Shown here: in pieces, positions 17,701 to 27,170 of the stretch
Numbering within the stretch: position 1 is the stretch's first letter
Layout: the number at the start of each line of letters is the position of its first letter
Origin: an uncultured Bdellovibrionales bacterium
Lineage (GTDB): Bacteria; Bdellovibrionota; Bdellovibrionia; Bdellovibrionales; UBA1609
Assembly: GCA_903833275.1 (NCBI GenBank)
Contig: CAILEP010000035.1
Coordinates: 41,602 to 105,601, forward strand
DNA: 64,000 bases
Reading direction: 5' to 3'
The notes under the pieces: generated by a model
Databases searched by the model: none
Seen by the model: only the letters and a program-made list of their open reading frames with translations
Told to the model about the DNA's origin: nothing
Position numbers and translations under genes: made by a program

Positions 17701-20695
17701 CGTATTCGATCGCGCCCGAAAGCGGTGTCGTGAGATTCACGCCCGAAGTTAACTGCAAAGGTGCAAGCGTTGCGGTGCCGGCTTTAATGTTTAAAAGTGC
17801 GGTCGGAGAAGTGCTTCCGATTCCAACTCGGCCAGAGGTATCGACGGTCACTTGAGTCGTGCCGCCGGTTACAAGGCTTAAATTATTTGCGTCAGCAGTA
17901 CCAATCGATGCCGCAGCTCCAAAGCTGTTGCCGCCAGTTTTAAAATATCTCGAGTCGTATCCGCCCGAAGGAAGATCTGCTGCAGCCAGCGCACGGAATG
18001 TTGGCGTCGCATTTCCGCCGCTCGAGGGACCTGCAAAAACAGTATTTGCGACTTGGGTCGCGAAGGCAGAACCCGTGATGGAAATACTTGAGCACGTCCA
18101 TGATCCGCTCGGTGAAATAAACGTCAGAGTTTGGTTACTCGCGCAGATGGCCGGCATTTGCGAAGCATTGATCATGTTGCCGAGCTGAGTGGAAAGACCA
18201 GATACATCGGAGATCGCAATCGCGGTATTCACCCAGTTCGTGCCGTTGTATTTTAAATACTGTGACGATGCGAGTGATGAAATGCTGTAGGCGACACCAT
18301 TGAGTCCGGTGTTCGTGATAACCCCTGCGTTCGTCATGGTCACGTCGCCACTTGGTGTGACGGCCGTTGCGACACTTGATCCGTTACCGACCCAGATACT
18401 GCCAGAGGCAAGAGTTGAAGTTTGCTTATTATTAAATGTCATAAAGTCAGCTTGAGCCAGGTATCCATCTTGAGTCGCACTCGATTTTGAAATCGAGATC
18501 GCGGGTGTCGCTCCAGCCGAAGACGAAAGTGGTGCTGTTGCGGTGACACTTGTAACCGAACCAGTCGCGGGAACGATCCACGACATATTTCCGCTCGTAT
18601 CACTTGATAAAACGTAACCGGATGTGCCCGGAAGAGCAGGTGGAAGTTTTAAAGCGTAAGACGTTGTAATTGTGGCTGGCGCCTGAAGAGTTGCTGTCTT
18701 CGGCGTGCCTTCACTGTCATTAAGAACAACGCTTGAAAGAGTCGCGTTTGTCGCGGCGAAATTTCCCGATCCATCACGCTTCATCAAAGTCGAAACCGTG
18801 TTGGTGCTAACCGCGCCGTTCGCGAGTAGCTCTGCCGCGTGAACGTTAGCGGCCGTCGAACCACCAACGCTTGCAACAACGGTTGCCCCTTGAGTGCCGG
18901 TGACGTTACCGGCAAGTGAGCCCGTGAAATTTGTTGCGGTGGTTGCGGTTGTCGCAGTCGTTGCACTTCCAGCCGTCAGAGCGCTTTGTGCCGTACAGGT
19001 CCAACCGGTCGTCGTGTTCCAAGTGAGAAGCTGGCCTGATGCGCAGGCAAGGGGTGCCAGCGTAGATCCGTCGTTGGAATCCGTCGCGACGAGTTGGCTG
19101 ACACCTGGGTTCGTAAATAATTTGGCGGTCGTGATGGCGCCGTTGTTAATTTTGGCCGTCGTCACCGCATTCGCGTTGATCGTTGGATTAGGATATGTGC
19201 CGCCAAGATCGCCGCCCGCAGAACCACCAGGCGTCACACCTGTGATCGTAACGTTTCCGGCGTTCGTCAGCTGACCTTGAGCATTAACCGTAAAACTGGG
19301 GACTTGGGTCGCTGAACCGTAGCTTCCTGCGGTGACCGCAGTGTTTGCAAGGTTCACCGTGACCGAGCCCGAGGTGCCACCACCGCTTAAGCCGGTCCCT
19401 GCCGTAATGCCGGTCAATGTACCGACTTGCGGAGAGTTCCACGAAAGATTTCCCGAAGCATCCGTCGTTAGAACTTGCCCGGCGCTGCCAAGAGTTGGTG
19501 GAAGTGTGAGCGAGTAACTATTAGCTAAGTTCGAAACCGTTTGAAGTGTGACTTCATGAGAACCTGAATCATAAATTTGAACGTTTCGGCCGGTGATGTT
19601 TGTGCCCGAGATCGTTGAAGCCACAACCGAGTTTGTGGTCGTAATCAAACCCGATGTGTTAATCGCGGTCGTTCCACCAATTGTTCCCGAATTGATTGCA
19701 CCGCCGAGGACATGACCTGCTGTTTGGATCGTCGGCAGATCAGTTTCAACTAATGAGCTCGATCCGGTGACTCGTCCGTATTGGTCAACGGTCACTTTCG
19801 GATACGTGCCGGCTGTCACTCCACTTGGCGAAAGCGAGATCGTTCCCGATGTCGTGATCGGACCGCCCGTAAGACCTGCTCCGGTCGCAACTGAAGTCAC
19901 CGATCCGCCCGAAGTCCCGATGGTTTGGGTTGAAGTGCCGGTGCTAAACTCAATGCTGTTTGAGCCGGAGTCATACCAAATCTGCCCTGCCGACGGCGAA
20001 GTCGGCGCCGAAGAAAGAACGGGCAAACTCGCTCCGCCCGAAGAAGCGTGCATGTACTGGGTGGATAATCCACCAATCAAATTTTGAAGCTCGGTGAAAT
20101 TCGCGGGACTCAGTGCCGTCGCCGGCTGGGCGTTGCCGCTGCTATCTTCAACTCTGACAAGCGATGACAGTGGAGCACCGCCAACAGCCGATGAGTCCGT
20201 GGCGTAGGCCGAATGGGTCAACGTTGTGACCGGCATTTGATCCCAGGTTGCCATCGCACTGTCTTTAAAATAAATCAAGACCTTGCGTTCATCCGAAGCG
20301 CCCGGCGTATATGTTACGGTCCCCGAACCTGATGCACAGTTCGTGGATGCGACCGGAAACGAGCTTCGGTTTGCAAGGGTTTGCGCAAACGTCCATGTGT
20401 TCGTGTCGTTTCTGGTTCCAGTTCCGTCGTTAAGGGAAACTGAAAAAAGACCCTGCGAATTCGCCAGGTTTTTGGTCTGGGTCTCATCGTAAAGAATGCA
20501 CTGGTGATCTGGACTCAAAACCTGAACACGGAACTGCATCGCCGTTGATTTAAACGGCGTTCCGTTTGCGTCCGCGATGCGGCCTTGGAGCGTGAGAGAC
20601 TGCGCAAGAGAACTTTCAGAATAGAAAAAGGCCACGACAACCGTCGCGAGACACAAAGCAAGTTTGTTGATACGGAAAGACCTCGTTTTTTTCAT
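14747..20695 (-). CDS. giant secreted repeat fibre/adhesin (phage-tail-fibre-like; resembles Bdellovibrio mosaic adhesive trimer fibres)
   Basis: 1982 aa from the Met at 20695, with signal peptide [33 protein letters not shown]. The composition is Gly/Thr/Ser/Ala-rich. The N-terminal half has phage-tail-fibre repeats ('[21 protein letters not shown]'). The C-terminal half has 8 copies of 'G-N-V-G-I-G-T-T-(S/A)-P'. The tip is Cys-containing. Confidence 0.8.
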   Translation of the reverse strand: MKKTRSFRINKLALCLATVVVAFFYSESSLAQSLTLQGRIADANGTPFKSTAMQFRVQVLSPDHQCILYDETQTKNLANSQGLFSVSLNDGTGTRNDTNTWTFAQTLANRSSFPVASTNCASGSGTVTYTPGASDERKVLIYFKDSAMATWDQMPVTTLTHSAYATDSSAVGGAPLSSLVRVEDSSGNAQPATALSPANFTELQNLIGGLSTQYMHASSGGASLPVLSSAPTSPSAGQIWYDSGSNSIEFSTGTSTQTIGTSGGSVTSVATGAGLTGGPITTSGTISLSPSGVTAGTYPKVTVDQYGRVTGSSSLVETDLPTIQTAGHVLGGAINSGTIGGTTAINTSGLITTTNSVVASTISGTNITGRNVQIYDSGSHEVTLQTVSNLANSYSLTLPPTLGSAGQVLTTDASGNLSWNSPQVGTLTGITAGTGLSGGGTSGSVTVNLANTAVTAGSYGSATQVPSFTVNAQGQLTNAGNVTITGVTPGGSAGGDLGGTYPNPTINANAVTTAKINNGAITTAKLFTNPGVSQLVATDSNDGSTLAPLACASGQLLTWNTTTGWTCTAQSALTAGSATTATTATTATNFTGSLAGNVTGTQGATVVASVGGSTAANVHAAELLANGAVSTNTVSTLMKRDGSGNFAATNATLSSVVLNDSEGTPKTATLQAPATITTSYALKLPPALPGTSGYVLSSDTSGNMSWIVPATGSVTSVTATAPLSSSAGATPAISISKSSATQDGYLAQADFMTFNNKQTSTLASGSIWVGNGSSVATAVTPSGDVTMTNAGVITNTGLNGVAYSISSLASSQYLKYNGTNWVNTAIAISDVSGLSTQLGNMINASQMPAICASNQTLTFISPSGSWTCSSISITGSAFATQVANTVFAGPSSGGNATPTFRALAAADLPSGGYDSRYFKTGGNSFGAAASIGTADANNLSLVTGGTTQVTVDTSGRVGIGSTSPTALLNIKAGTATLAPLQLTSGVNLTTPLSGAIEYDGTSLYYTDWTATRRTIASTNGAGSQSFSQDVTMSGSGTGLVVTNAATVGTTLGVTGLTTLTGGFTSAAAGAITSNTASTSTTTGALTVGGGIGVGGNIYLGGVVASSQGTAALPSHTFSADTASGLWQPAASSIAWSTGGTERMRINSSGQTAIGTTSPSAILTLKAGTATAGTSPLKFNSGTLLSTPEAGAVEYDGTSLYYTNSSASRLTLATTAGGQTIAGNDTFSGDVSITGTGTGLAVTNAATVGTTLGVTGLSTLTGGFTSAGTGAVTNSTASTSTTTGALTVSGGVGIAGNIYSGGVIAASQGTAALPSHTFSADTASGLWQPAASAIALSTGGSERLRVDSSGRVGIGTISPGASLDISDGTIGLIIGADNVLKTRTDATNKAARIGMPHYNSAQSPQAIILGANTSSTSSVLIGGGSGYFNAATDINFYTAANSTTTNGTNRMTISSAGNVGIGTTAPAYGLDVETGFVKINNGITGAGQSGTIYLGDGTLTKTYGSGWTLSGGVTQTGGNGITTVQETINTNSANTALAVAQSGAGYAATFTGGNVGIGTTAPSYLLDVNQSGGGTGSNTAIGLRAGNSASYFGNNQIVFAYNNSTSYQHSIKTRHSSGVAGDNAIDFYLWNYGVDGAATVGTKQVMTLNGAGNVGIGTTSPSAALTIGSGQIFMPNGSAAAPSYSFTNYTNSGFKANGDGGFSFVAGGSTVLGLYSGSWRFPSSVTMTDINYGNKFLSFSSGNTTANTSTNSLNITNASNGSAPTLGVAGGTDTNISLNIASLGTGSVNFTNGNVGVGTTSPAQRLDVQSSASPIALFTDTTNSRGASFGVGDGFNAIVNSVGGSVIFKNSGTSWMTVGRNGTSTTFDTGNVGIGTTAPGALLDVHGHITNSGTAATVGTCGTSPAITGNDTRGVVTLGTGSPTACTITFASAYTTAPYCVITPAAGFPGSIQWYVSASTTALVMNFSASPTASQQFNYHCTQ
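16622..17833 (-). repeat. diverged tandem duplication (~582 and ~600 nt units) inside the fibre gene
   Basis: Two ~195-aa units each run from a GxxxIG(T/S)(T/I)SP motif through '...[13 protein letters not shown]...[15 protein letters not shown](T/S)TLTGGFTSA...[24 protein letters not shown]...'. The motif copies lie at 17804-17833, 17222-17251 and 16622-16651. Confidence 0.85.
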
Positions 20696-20860
20696 AGACC
20701 TTAAAGAACTCATCGGCGAAATCGCCGATAGTCTTTGCAGGGCTTTAGGCAATAAAAATGATCTCTACTCACATTGAGATTAAGGTCCGAATCTCGTTAT
20801 GGACCAGGAGATTGCGATGCAGGTAAATCATTTTGATCTACAAGACCCAAGATAAAGGTC

Positions 20861-23137
20861 TTAGTAATCAAATAAAAGTCGCATTTCGACGGTCGAGAAA
20901 ATCGCGCTGTGCTCGCCGTGTTCGGTGACCTGGGGATCAGAATAATTAAAGTGCAGATCGTTATACTGACCGAGCCAGTGGAGTCCAAGCCAAGCGTGCT
21001 CGGAAATATTTTTTTCTATTCCGATCGAGCCGTCGAAAATAAACGGTGAGGTCACCGTAAAGGTAGCGCCCGAGGATGTGGGTGAAGCCGATAGCGGATA
21101 CTGAAAATGCATTAAGATACTGGCTCGCGTCCACGGGTTGAGGTAACGCACGTAACTTCCGCCGAGGCTTAAATTGATGAGGTCGACATTTCGTAACGTC
21201 GGCAGATTTCCAGAGTTTTCAAAAAGAGCGAGCGGGATCTGGTGTAACTGAAGGCCCCACAGCCAACGAAATTCAGAAATATAAGGAAGATTTGTGTTGG
21301 GCGCGGGCGTAAATAGCAAGTTCGACCGGCTGGATCCTTCGAGCGTCATGATTTGCCACTGCGCATGCGTCGTCGAAAGTCCGACCGACGAGTTATCAAA
21401 GCTTAAATCCGTTGAGCGCAACGAAACACCTACGTCCACTTTGTCTGTTACTTCAAAGTTCGCACCAAAGTTCCAACTTTCAGTTGGAAGGCTGTGATAG
21501 CTGGTTTGAACGTCAAAAAGATTTTCTTGATAAGCGAAGTAAGTGGCTCCGACTCCGGCAAAAAGCTTAAGGCCAATCGGCGGCCGTTTTGGAGGGGCGC
21601 TGGCGGTTGCTTGAGGTAAGGGAGCCGTAACCGGCGGATCGATCCTAGGGACCGGCGGCAGCTCTCGTGGCGCGGGTGGTTGGGGAATAACCAGGGGAAC
21701 TGGAGGCAGTTCTAAAGCCCGCACTTGAACAGATTCAGAAGGTGGTACATTCGAAACCGGCTTAAGGATCGATTCAATGACTTTAAGTTGGGCCGGTGGA
21801 GTCACCGAAACTGGAGGTGGTGGCGCAACAGTTGTCGTCGTTGGTGCCAGTGTGGTTGTGGTTGATGGAATGAGGGACGTGGGTGGAGCGGGCACTAGAG
21901 TCGTCGGAGTTTCCGGCGGCACCTGAGCAGGCTCGCGCGGCGCTAAAACCGGCGCATCAACGATGACGTTGATAATACCTGTCTGGGAAATCAGATCAGG
22001 GCGATTTTTCGCCTTTGAGGTCACACGCCAGTACAGTGTTCCCTCTTGAAGTCGGTTCAGCGCAAATTCAGTTTTTTCGACTTCAATCGCGTCCTTGATG
22101 TCGTGAAAGTCAGAACTGACAGACGTTTCAATCCGAAAGAAATCACTTCCAACAAGGTCCTTCCAAAGAAGAGTCGCTGACTGATCGAAGCGACCCTTGT
22201 CGTCCCGCTTGACATGAAATTCCATTTTTTCTTTTTCGAGCTGCGGTGGTGTCAGTGGATTTAAAGAAAAACTAGAGACAGGGCTTTGATCAGAACCCGG
22301 CTCCTCGCCGACGATACGCCAGAAATAAGTGGCCGATGGCTTTAGCAGCGTCGTGGCGTTTTCGCCTTCGACGGTGATCGTTTGAAGGTCGGCTTTAAAT
22401 TCAGGATCCTGGGAAACCTCAAGCCGCATCGACTTTGTTAAAGACGGAGACCAGGCAAATTCGACCGGCTTTCCGTCATCCCATAACGTCGCAGCCGGTT
22501 CAGGGCTCAGAAGCGTCACGGCGTGAGTCGTCATTTGAGTTTGTCCGCCAGCTGAAATTTTTAACTCTTCGTTCGCTTTAACGACCTGTGGCTCAGTGGA
22601 CTTCGATGCATTTGTGACGTTCGCTTCACCATGTAAAACAACGAGATTCAGATCGTCACCGGAAGCGCCCAGCCGAATCGTCGCTCCGTCAGAGGTGACA
22701 TTAGTTTCCCTGCCCTTGTACTTCACAAGCAGAGTAACGCCTTTTCTAATGTTAGTTAAAAATCCTCCCGCGCTTAAATTCACGGCCGACTTTTTGTTTT
22801 CGTCAGAAATTAAAATCGGGCTATTGGGTTCAACCGTAAAATTCTCAAGGTTTTTAAGTTTAACCTTCGCTGCAGATTTTTCTCCAGTGAATACGCGATC
22901 ATTTGAAAAAACATTGGCGTCTCTAGAAACGGGGCTCCAAGACACGTCTGTGTCGCCTTTAATCCGGATATCTGCGCCGACGGGTTTAACAGAGCCGAGA
23001 CTTTCGCGTGCGTTGGTAATATCAGACCTGTCGTTGCGATTGAAGAAAAGGTATCCACCGGAACCGAGCATTCCGATCAAACAAAAAAACATTAAGATGA
23101 ATTCTGGTCTTCGTCGCCAGCCCGTGGAGCGAGACAT
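20861..23137 (-). CDS. FecR-domain protein with two Ig-like repeats, a ~115-aa Pro/Thr-rich linker and a C-terminal outer-membrane beta-barrel-like domain
   Basis: 758 aa with an N-terminal hydrophobic anchor (FILMFFCLIGMLGSGGYLFF). A FecR-like segment follows (VFSNDRVFTGEKSAAKVKL...), then repeats ending YFWRI and LYWRV, then a PPxP-rich stretch. The last ~260 aa have alternating hydrophobic strands and end in the OMP beta-signal 'VEMRLLFDY'. Confidence 0.7.
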   Translation of the reverse strand: MSRSTGWRRRPEFILMFFCLIGMLGSGGYLFFNRNDRSDITNARESLGSVKPVGADIRIKGDTDVSWSPVSRDANVFSNDRVFTGEKSAAKVKLKNLENFTVEPNSPILISDENKKSAVNLSAGGFLTNIRKGVTLLVKYKGRETNVTSDGATIRLGASGDDLNLVVLHGEANVTNASKSTEPQVVKANEELKISAGGQTQMTTHAVTLLSPEPAATLWDDGKPVEFAWSPSLTKSMRLEVSQDPEFKADLQTITVEGENATTLLKPSATYFWRIVGEEPGSDQSPVSSFSLNPLTPPQLEKEKMEFHVKRDDKGRFDQSATLLWKDLVGSDFFRIETSVSSDFHDIKDAIEVEKTEFALNRLQEGTLYWRVTSKAKNRPDLISQTGIINVIVDAPVLAPREPAQVPPETPTTLVPAPPTSLIPSTTTTLAPTTTTVAPPPPVSVTPPAQLKVIESILKPVSNVPPSESVQVRALELPPVPLVIPQPPAPRELPPVPRIDPPVTAPLPQATASAPPKRPPIGLKLFAGVGATYFAYQENLFDVQTSYHSLPTESWNFGANFEVTDKVDVGVSLRSTDLSFDNSSVGLSTTHAQWQIMTLEGSSRSNLLFTPAPNTNLPYISEFRWLWGLQLHQIPLALFENSGNLPTLRNVDLINLSLGGSYVRYLNPWTRASILMHFQYPLSASPTSSGATFTVTSPFIFDGSIGIEKNISEHAWLGLHWLGQYNDLHFNYSDPQVTEHGEHSAIFSTVEMRLLFDY

Positions 23138-23260
23138 TTAGATATAGATCGGCTTAAAATGAGATAACCTAGATGAGCTTTGGACGATTTATGGGAGATT
23201 TCGACCTAGGTCTCGTGACGATTGTCGATCATGACCTACGTCAACGATTCGAGGGGCTGA

Positions 23261-23542
23261 TTATTGCGTCTGGCCGATGACGTTGAGCTGGTATCGGTTG
23301 CCCGAGATGGTCGTGCCTTGGAGGTCTTTTAGATTCGCACCAAGCGACACGCTCGCCGTGCCGCCGAGCTGAGTCGACTTTTGCAAAAACCCGCCGTTTG
23401 CCACGCCGAGGCCAGGGGCATAGGTCGCCACCGTATCCGGATTGTTCGCACGATTTCCTAGAAACGTAACGGTGTTTGTCTTGTTGCACGCTAAAAGCGA
23501 CAGCTGGGCCAATATGAAAACGCTATATTTAAGCCACTTCAT
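23261..23542 (-). CDS. small lipoprotein
   Basis: 93 aa with signal peptide plus lipobox 'LSLLAC'. It sits on the same strand as, and upstream of, the FecR/barrel gene. Confidence 0.6.
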   Translation of the reverse strand: MKWLKYSVFILAQLSLLACNKTNTVTFLGNRANNPDTVATYAPGLGVANGGFLQKSTQLGGTASVSLGANLKDLQGTTISGNRYQLNVIGQTQ

Positions 23543-23574
23543 GATACCGGTTATCGGCGTTTTGATCGAATTTC

Positions 23575-23985
23575 TTAAGCACGACTTTTAGCCGGAGCTC
23601 TTGGTTTTTTTGGCGTCTTCTCTGCCGTGGTATCGCGAATAGACTTATTTGGTTTATGTCTTTGGGATGCGCCGTAAGGGATAAAGGAAAATGCCCCGGC
23701 GAGAACGCCTTCGAGTTCGACGGCATTTAGATTTTGGCTTTGAAGCTGCATAAGCATTCCGGCAAGTTCACCGGCCTTCATTTCAATTCGGACTAAATCG
23801 GCGATGACGGCCGATGTCGGTTTTTGGGCTTTATGCACGATATAAAGTGCCAAGGTGCTTGTTAGAAGATGGTTGAGAGCCGACGAGAGTTGGCTGGGCG
23901 TCAGTGGCCGAACCGTGATGGGCTTCGCCTTCGTCTGGTGGACCGCCTTTCTAATTTTTGATTTCAAGGTCCCCTCCTTCACCAT
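23575..23985 (-). CDS. hypothetical basic protein
   Basis: 136-aa ORF with Lys/Arg-rich termini and no recognisable motif. It is the first gene of the minus-strand cluster and diverges from the XRE gene. Confidence 0.4.
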   Translation of the reverse strand: MVKEGTLKSKIRKAVHQTKAKPITVRPLTPSQLSSALNHLLTSTLALYIVHKAQKPTSAVIADLVRIEMKAGELAGMLMQLQSQNLNAVELEGVLAGAFSFIPYGASQRHKPNKSIRDTTAEKTPKKPRAPAKSRA

Positions 23986-24101
23986 TAAGCAAAAAACAAT
24001 CAGTAACCCGTAGTTCCAGCATCGTGTTTAAGTCCCCACTTCGCAAGCAAAATTAATACCCGAAGCTCTGGCTACGTTGATGCTTCAGATTCGGGGTAAG
24101 C

Positions 24102-24314
24102 TTGGTTAAGATACGGAAAATATTTTCAAAAAACCTGACGCGCTTAAGAAAACGAAAAGGATTTACCCAGGAAGACCTTGCCGAAAAACTCGGGATCTCC
24201 GTGCGCTATATCCAACAACTCGAAGGCATCAGGTGTCCCGATGTAAAGATTGAAACGATCGCGGTCCTTGCCAAGGCCCTTCATGCATTGCCCGGAGAAT
24301 TTTTTGAACCCTAA
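24102..24314 (+). CDS. XRE-family helix-turn-helix transcriptional regulator
   Basis: 70 aa; 'LRKRKGFTQEDLAEKLGISVRYIQQLEG' is a classic HTH_3 pattern. The start is TTG. Confidence 0.75.
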   Translation: MVKIRKIFSKNLTRLRKRKGFTQEDLAEKLGISVRYIQQLEGIRCPDVKIETIAVLAKALHALPGEFFEP

Positions 24315-24362
24315 GCCGTTCGTGGAATGTATAAAAAACGATGGCGCGAGAAGAGTCATTGA

Positions 24363-25511
24363 GTGATAAAAAGTCCAGACGAAATTGAGCACGGGCTCGA
24401 GACGACAATTAGGCGTGCGATTGATGACAATCGGATCGTTGGAACCGTCGTCATCGTTGCTCTGAACGGACAGGTGCTTTATCGAAAGGCTTCGGGCTTT
24501 CTTGACCGTGAGGCTCGTCGACCGATGCGAGAAGATACGATATTTCGATATGCCTCGCTAACGAAGCCGATCGTATCGGCTGCGGCACTTTCTCTGATCG
24601 ATTCTGGAAAAATGAATCTCAACGACGAGGTCACGCGCTGGATTCCCGCTTTCAATCCTCATCTTGCGAACGGACAAGCACCGACGATCCGGATTCGACA
24701 TCTTTTAACTCATACTTCGGGCTTAAATTACGGATTTTTCGAACCAGACGGACAAGGACCCTATCATGCACATGGAGTGTCTGACGGACTTGATCATCCT
24801 CATATCAGTTTACAAGAAAATTTAAAGCGCCTTGGGAACTGTCCGCTGCTTTTTGCGCCAGGAACCGAATGGAGATATTCGCTCGCGACAGATGTGCTAG
24901 GCGAAGTCGTGAGCCTTGCCGGCGGAGCAGATCTACAGGCGGTCGTTAGAAATCTTATAACTGGGCCGCTCAAAATGAACGAGACGGAGTTTTGGGCTAT
25001 CGATCCCGATCGTCTTGCGGCTCCCTATGCGGATGGAAACCCTAAGCCATTGAGAATGGCGGTTGAACATCGTCTTCCCTTTCGCGGGGGCATTGCGTCC
25101 TTTTCGCCGGCACGTGCGCTCGACAAAACCGCGTACCCTTCTGCGGGAGCCGGAATGGTCGGTACTGCCGATGATTTTCTGAAGTTTCTGGAGTCCCTTC
25201 GTCAAGGTGGCGCGCCCATTCTTAAGCCAGAGACGGCGCAGGCCATGACCTCGAACCAAGTTGGCGAGATACCAGTCGCGGCACGCGGGCAGGGCTGGGG
25301 CTTTGGTTTTGGATGTGCGGTTGTGACCGATCCGAAAACTGCAAAGACGCCGGCGCAGAATGGAAGTTTTGAATGGGGCGGCGTCTATGGAAACTCTTGG
25401 TGGGTCGATCCGAAGGCGGGTCTCACCGTGGTTGCTCTGACCAATACAGCTTTTGAAGGAATGGACGGAGCTTTCCCAAAGGAAATTAAAGCTGCCGTTT
25501 ACGGATTATAA
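24363..25511 (+). CDS. serine hydrolase, beta-lactamase/transpeptidase-like (class C/esterase type)
   Basis: S-x-x-K motif 'ASLTKPIV', 'LLTHTSGL', a Tyr motif 'WRYSLATDVLG', and 'FEWGGVYGNSWWVDP'. The start is GTG. Confidence 0.85.
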   Translation: MIKSPDEIEHGLETTIRRAIDDNRIVGTVVIVALNGQVLYRKASGFLDREARRPMREDTIFRYASLTKPIVSAAALSLIDSGKMNLNDEVTRWIPAFNPHLANGQAPTIRIRHLLTHTSGLNYGFFEPDGQGPYHAHGVSDGLDHPHISLQENLKRLGNCPLLFAPGTEWRYSLATDVLGEVVSLAGGADLQAVVRNLITGPLKMNETEFWAIDPDRLAAPYADGNPKPLRMAVEHRLPFRGGIASFSPARALDKTAYPSAGAGMVGTADDFLKFLESLRQGGAPILKPETAQAMTSNQVGEIPVAARGQGWGFGFGCAVVTDPKTAKTPAQNGSFEWGGVYGNSWWVDPKAGLTVVALTNTAFEGMDGAFPKEIKAAVYGL

Positions 25512-25622
25512 CGCCGGCAAGGCATGCGACGTTAGTCTCGTTCAGTCGTGCTAAGTCGCTTAAAATCGTTTAGACGACGGATCTGTGCTTAAATCGCTTA
25601 TAAGCTACAATCCGCTAATTTT

Positions 25623-25647
25623 AATATTCATATACATTGTGAATATT
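25623..25647. promoter_or_regulatory. palindrome upstream of abiEi, candidate autoregulatory operator
   Basis: aatattca-N9-tgaatatt lies 24 nt upstream of the ATG at 25671. Imperfect direct repeats 'gtgctaagtcgcttaaaa' and 'gtgcttaaatcgcttata' lie further upstream (25548-25602). Confidence 0.4.
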
Positions 25648-25670
25648 GGATATGTTTGTTAAAATTGGTC

Positions 25671-26255
25671 ATGAGCAATGCCCTGCAGAATCTTCTTAAA
25701 ACGACGGAGACCTTTACCGCAGCCGAAGGCCGCGCTTGCGGTGTTGCCCCGAGTCTACTTGCTTATTACGTGAAGACAGGCCTCCTCGAGCGAGTTTCAC
25801 GCGGCGTTTATCGGAATCTTAAAAAAGACCCTTCTACTCCTATGGAGTGGGCGAATCTGGTGGCGACTGTCGATAGTGTTCCGACCGGAGTTGTATGTCT
25901 TATTTCGGCTCTTGTTATTTATGAAATGACTGAGGAATTTCCAGAGGAACATTGGATTGCTGTACCCCGAGGTCAGTGGCGACCGAAAAGAAAAAATACG
26001 CGAGTCATTTGGCTCACGAATATGAAGCTTGGCCTTACAAAAATAAAAATCGGTAAAAAATCGATCCCAATATTCAATCGCGAGAGAACCGTCGTCGATG
26101 CATTTCGCCTTCTGCCGATTGAAACTGCGATCAAAGCACTAAAAATTTATCTGACGTCGACGGAGTCTCACAACCCGGATCTTCGACGACTTAATGCATA
26201 CGCGAACAAACTTCGCTTCGATATTTCTCCCTACGTCATGGCCCTCACAACATGA
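25671..26255 (+). CDS. AbiEi-family type IV toxin-antitoxin antitoxin (wHTH)
   Basis: 'TFTAAEGRACGVAPSLLAYYVKTGLLERVSRGVYRN' matches the AbiEi_4 N-terminal pattern. Its stop overlaps the next ORF's start (ATGA). Confidence 0.75.
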   Translation: MSNALQNLLKTTETFTAAEGRACGVAPSLLAYYVKTGLLERVSRGVYRNLKKDPSTPMEWANLVATVDSVPTGVVCLISALVIYEMTEEFPEEHWIAVPRGQWRPKRKNTRVIWLTNMKLGLTKIKIGKKSIPIFNRERTVVDAFRLLPIETAIKALKIYLTSTESHNPDLRRLNAYANKLRFDISPYVMALTT

Positions 26256-27112
26256 ATCAATCTATTGAGCGTTCGATTAAAGACAGAGTTAAAAGAATTG
26301 CGCTCGATCAAGGCCGCGAATTCGGCGCAGTTTGGCTCGAAGTTGTTCTTGAGCGCTGGCTCGCACGCATTCATAAATCAAACTACAAAGAGCATTTTAT
26401 TTTTAAGGGCGGAATGTGTCTTCGCGAGTATTTGCCCATTGGTCGCGAGACTCAAGATCTCGATTTCTTACTGAAGGGACTCCCGGCAACTCGAGATGCT
26501 CTCGTGAAGACTTTCGATGAAATCAGTCAGATTGATCTTGAAGACGGCTTTAGCTTCAAAGCCATCAGCGTAAGCGACCTTGCGCATCCACATATGAAAT
26601 ATCCGGGCTTCGCCATCACCATGCGCGCCGAGCTCTCTCAGACCAGAACGCCTCTCAGGATCGACATTGGCATCGGTGACATTGTAAAGCCTCAAAATCT
26701 GACGATTCATCTATCGGAAAACAAGGGCGGTCCGCTCTTTGAAAAAGAAATCGATCTGTGGGCCTATTCGCCCGAGGCGATTTTCGCGGAGAAATTTGAA
26801 ACGGCCGTCAAACGAGATTCTTTGAACAGTCGAATGAAGGACTATCACGACCTTTAATTGCTGGTCGCAGCCGGAATTCTCGATCATGAAAAAACCAGAG
26901 AAGCGATTCGAGCTACATTCAAGCATCGAGGCACAAAGTTGTCGTCCAGTCTTGAGTTTCCCGCCAACGCGATCGAGAAAATGAATACACTTTGGATGAA
27001 TCATCTAAAAAAACTAAAGGCCTCGAAACTGAAACCTGCTTTGCCACCGCACTTTTCTGACGTCCTGGCGGAAATCAACAGATGGACTGAGGCGCTGTCG
27101 CTGAAAGGTTGA
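26252..27112 (+). pseudogene. AbiEii-family nucleotidyltransferase toxin interrupted by an in-frame TAA at 26855-26857
   Basis: 'FIFKGGMCLREYLPIGRETQDLDFLLKG' is the NTase core. ORFs 26252-26857 and 26858-27112 share one frame, and together (~286 codons) they match the usual AbiEii length. The junction reads ...MKDYHDL*LLVAAGILDH. Confidence 0.7.
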
Positions 27113-27170
27113 TCGGCGAAGAGTTGTCAGCTCGACCAGGCGCATACCAGTTTAGATAAGCGCGGGCTAT

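Noticed and set aside
15035-20492. Many plus-strand ORFs (60-126 aa, Pro/Val/Ala-rich) listed inside 14747-20695
   Set aside because: They are antisense shadows of the Gly/Thr/Ser-rich fibre gene. They repeat in step with its internal duplication and have no independent start signals.
26855-26857. Programmed stop-codon readthrough or recoding in AbiEii
   Set aside because: TAA is the least leaky stop codon, and I saw no downstream stimulatory structure. A plain nonsense mutation or a sequencing error is more parsimonious.
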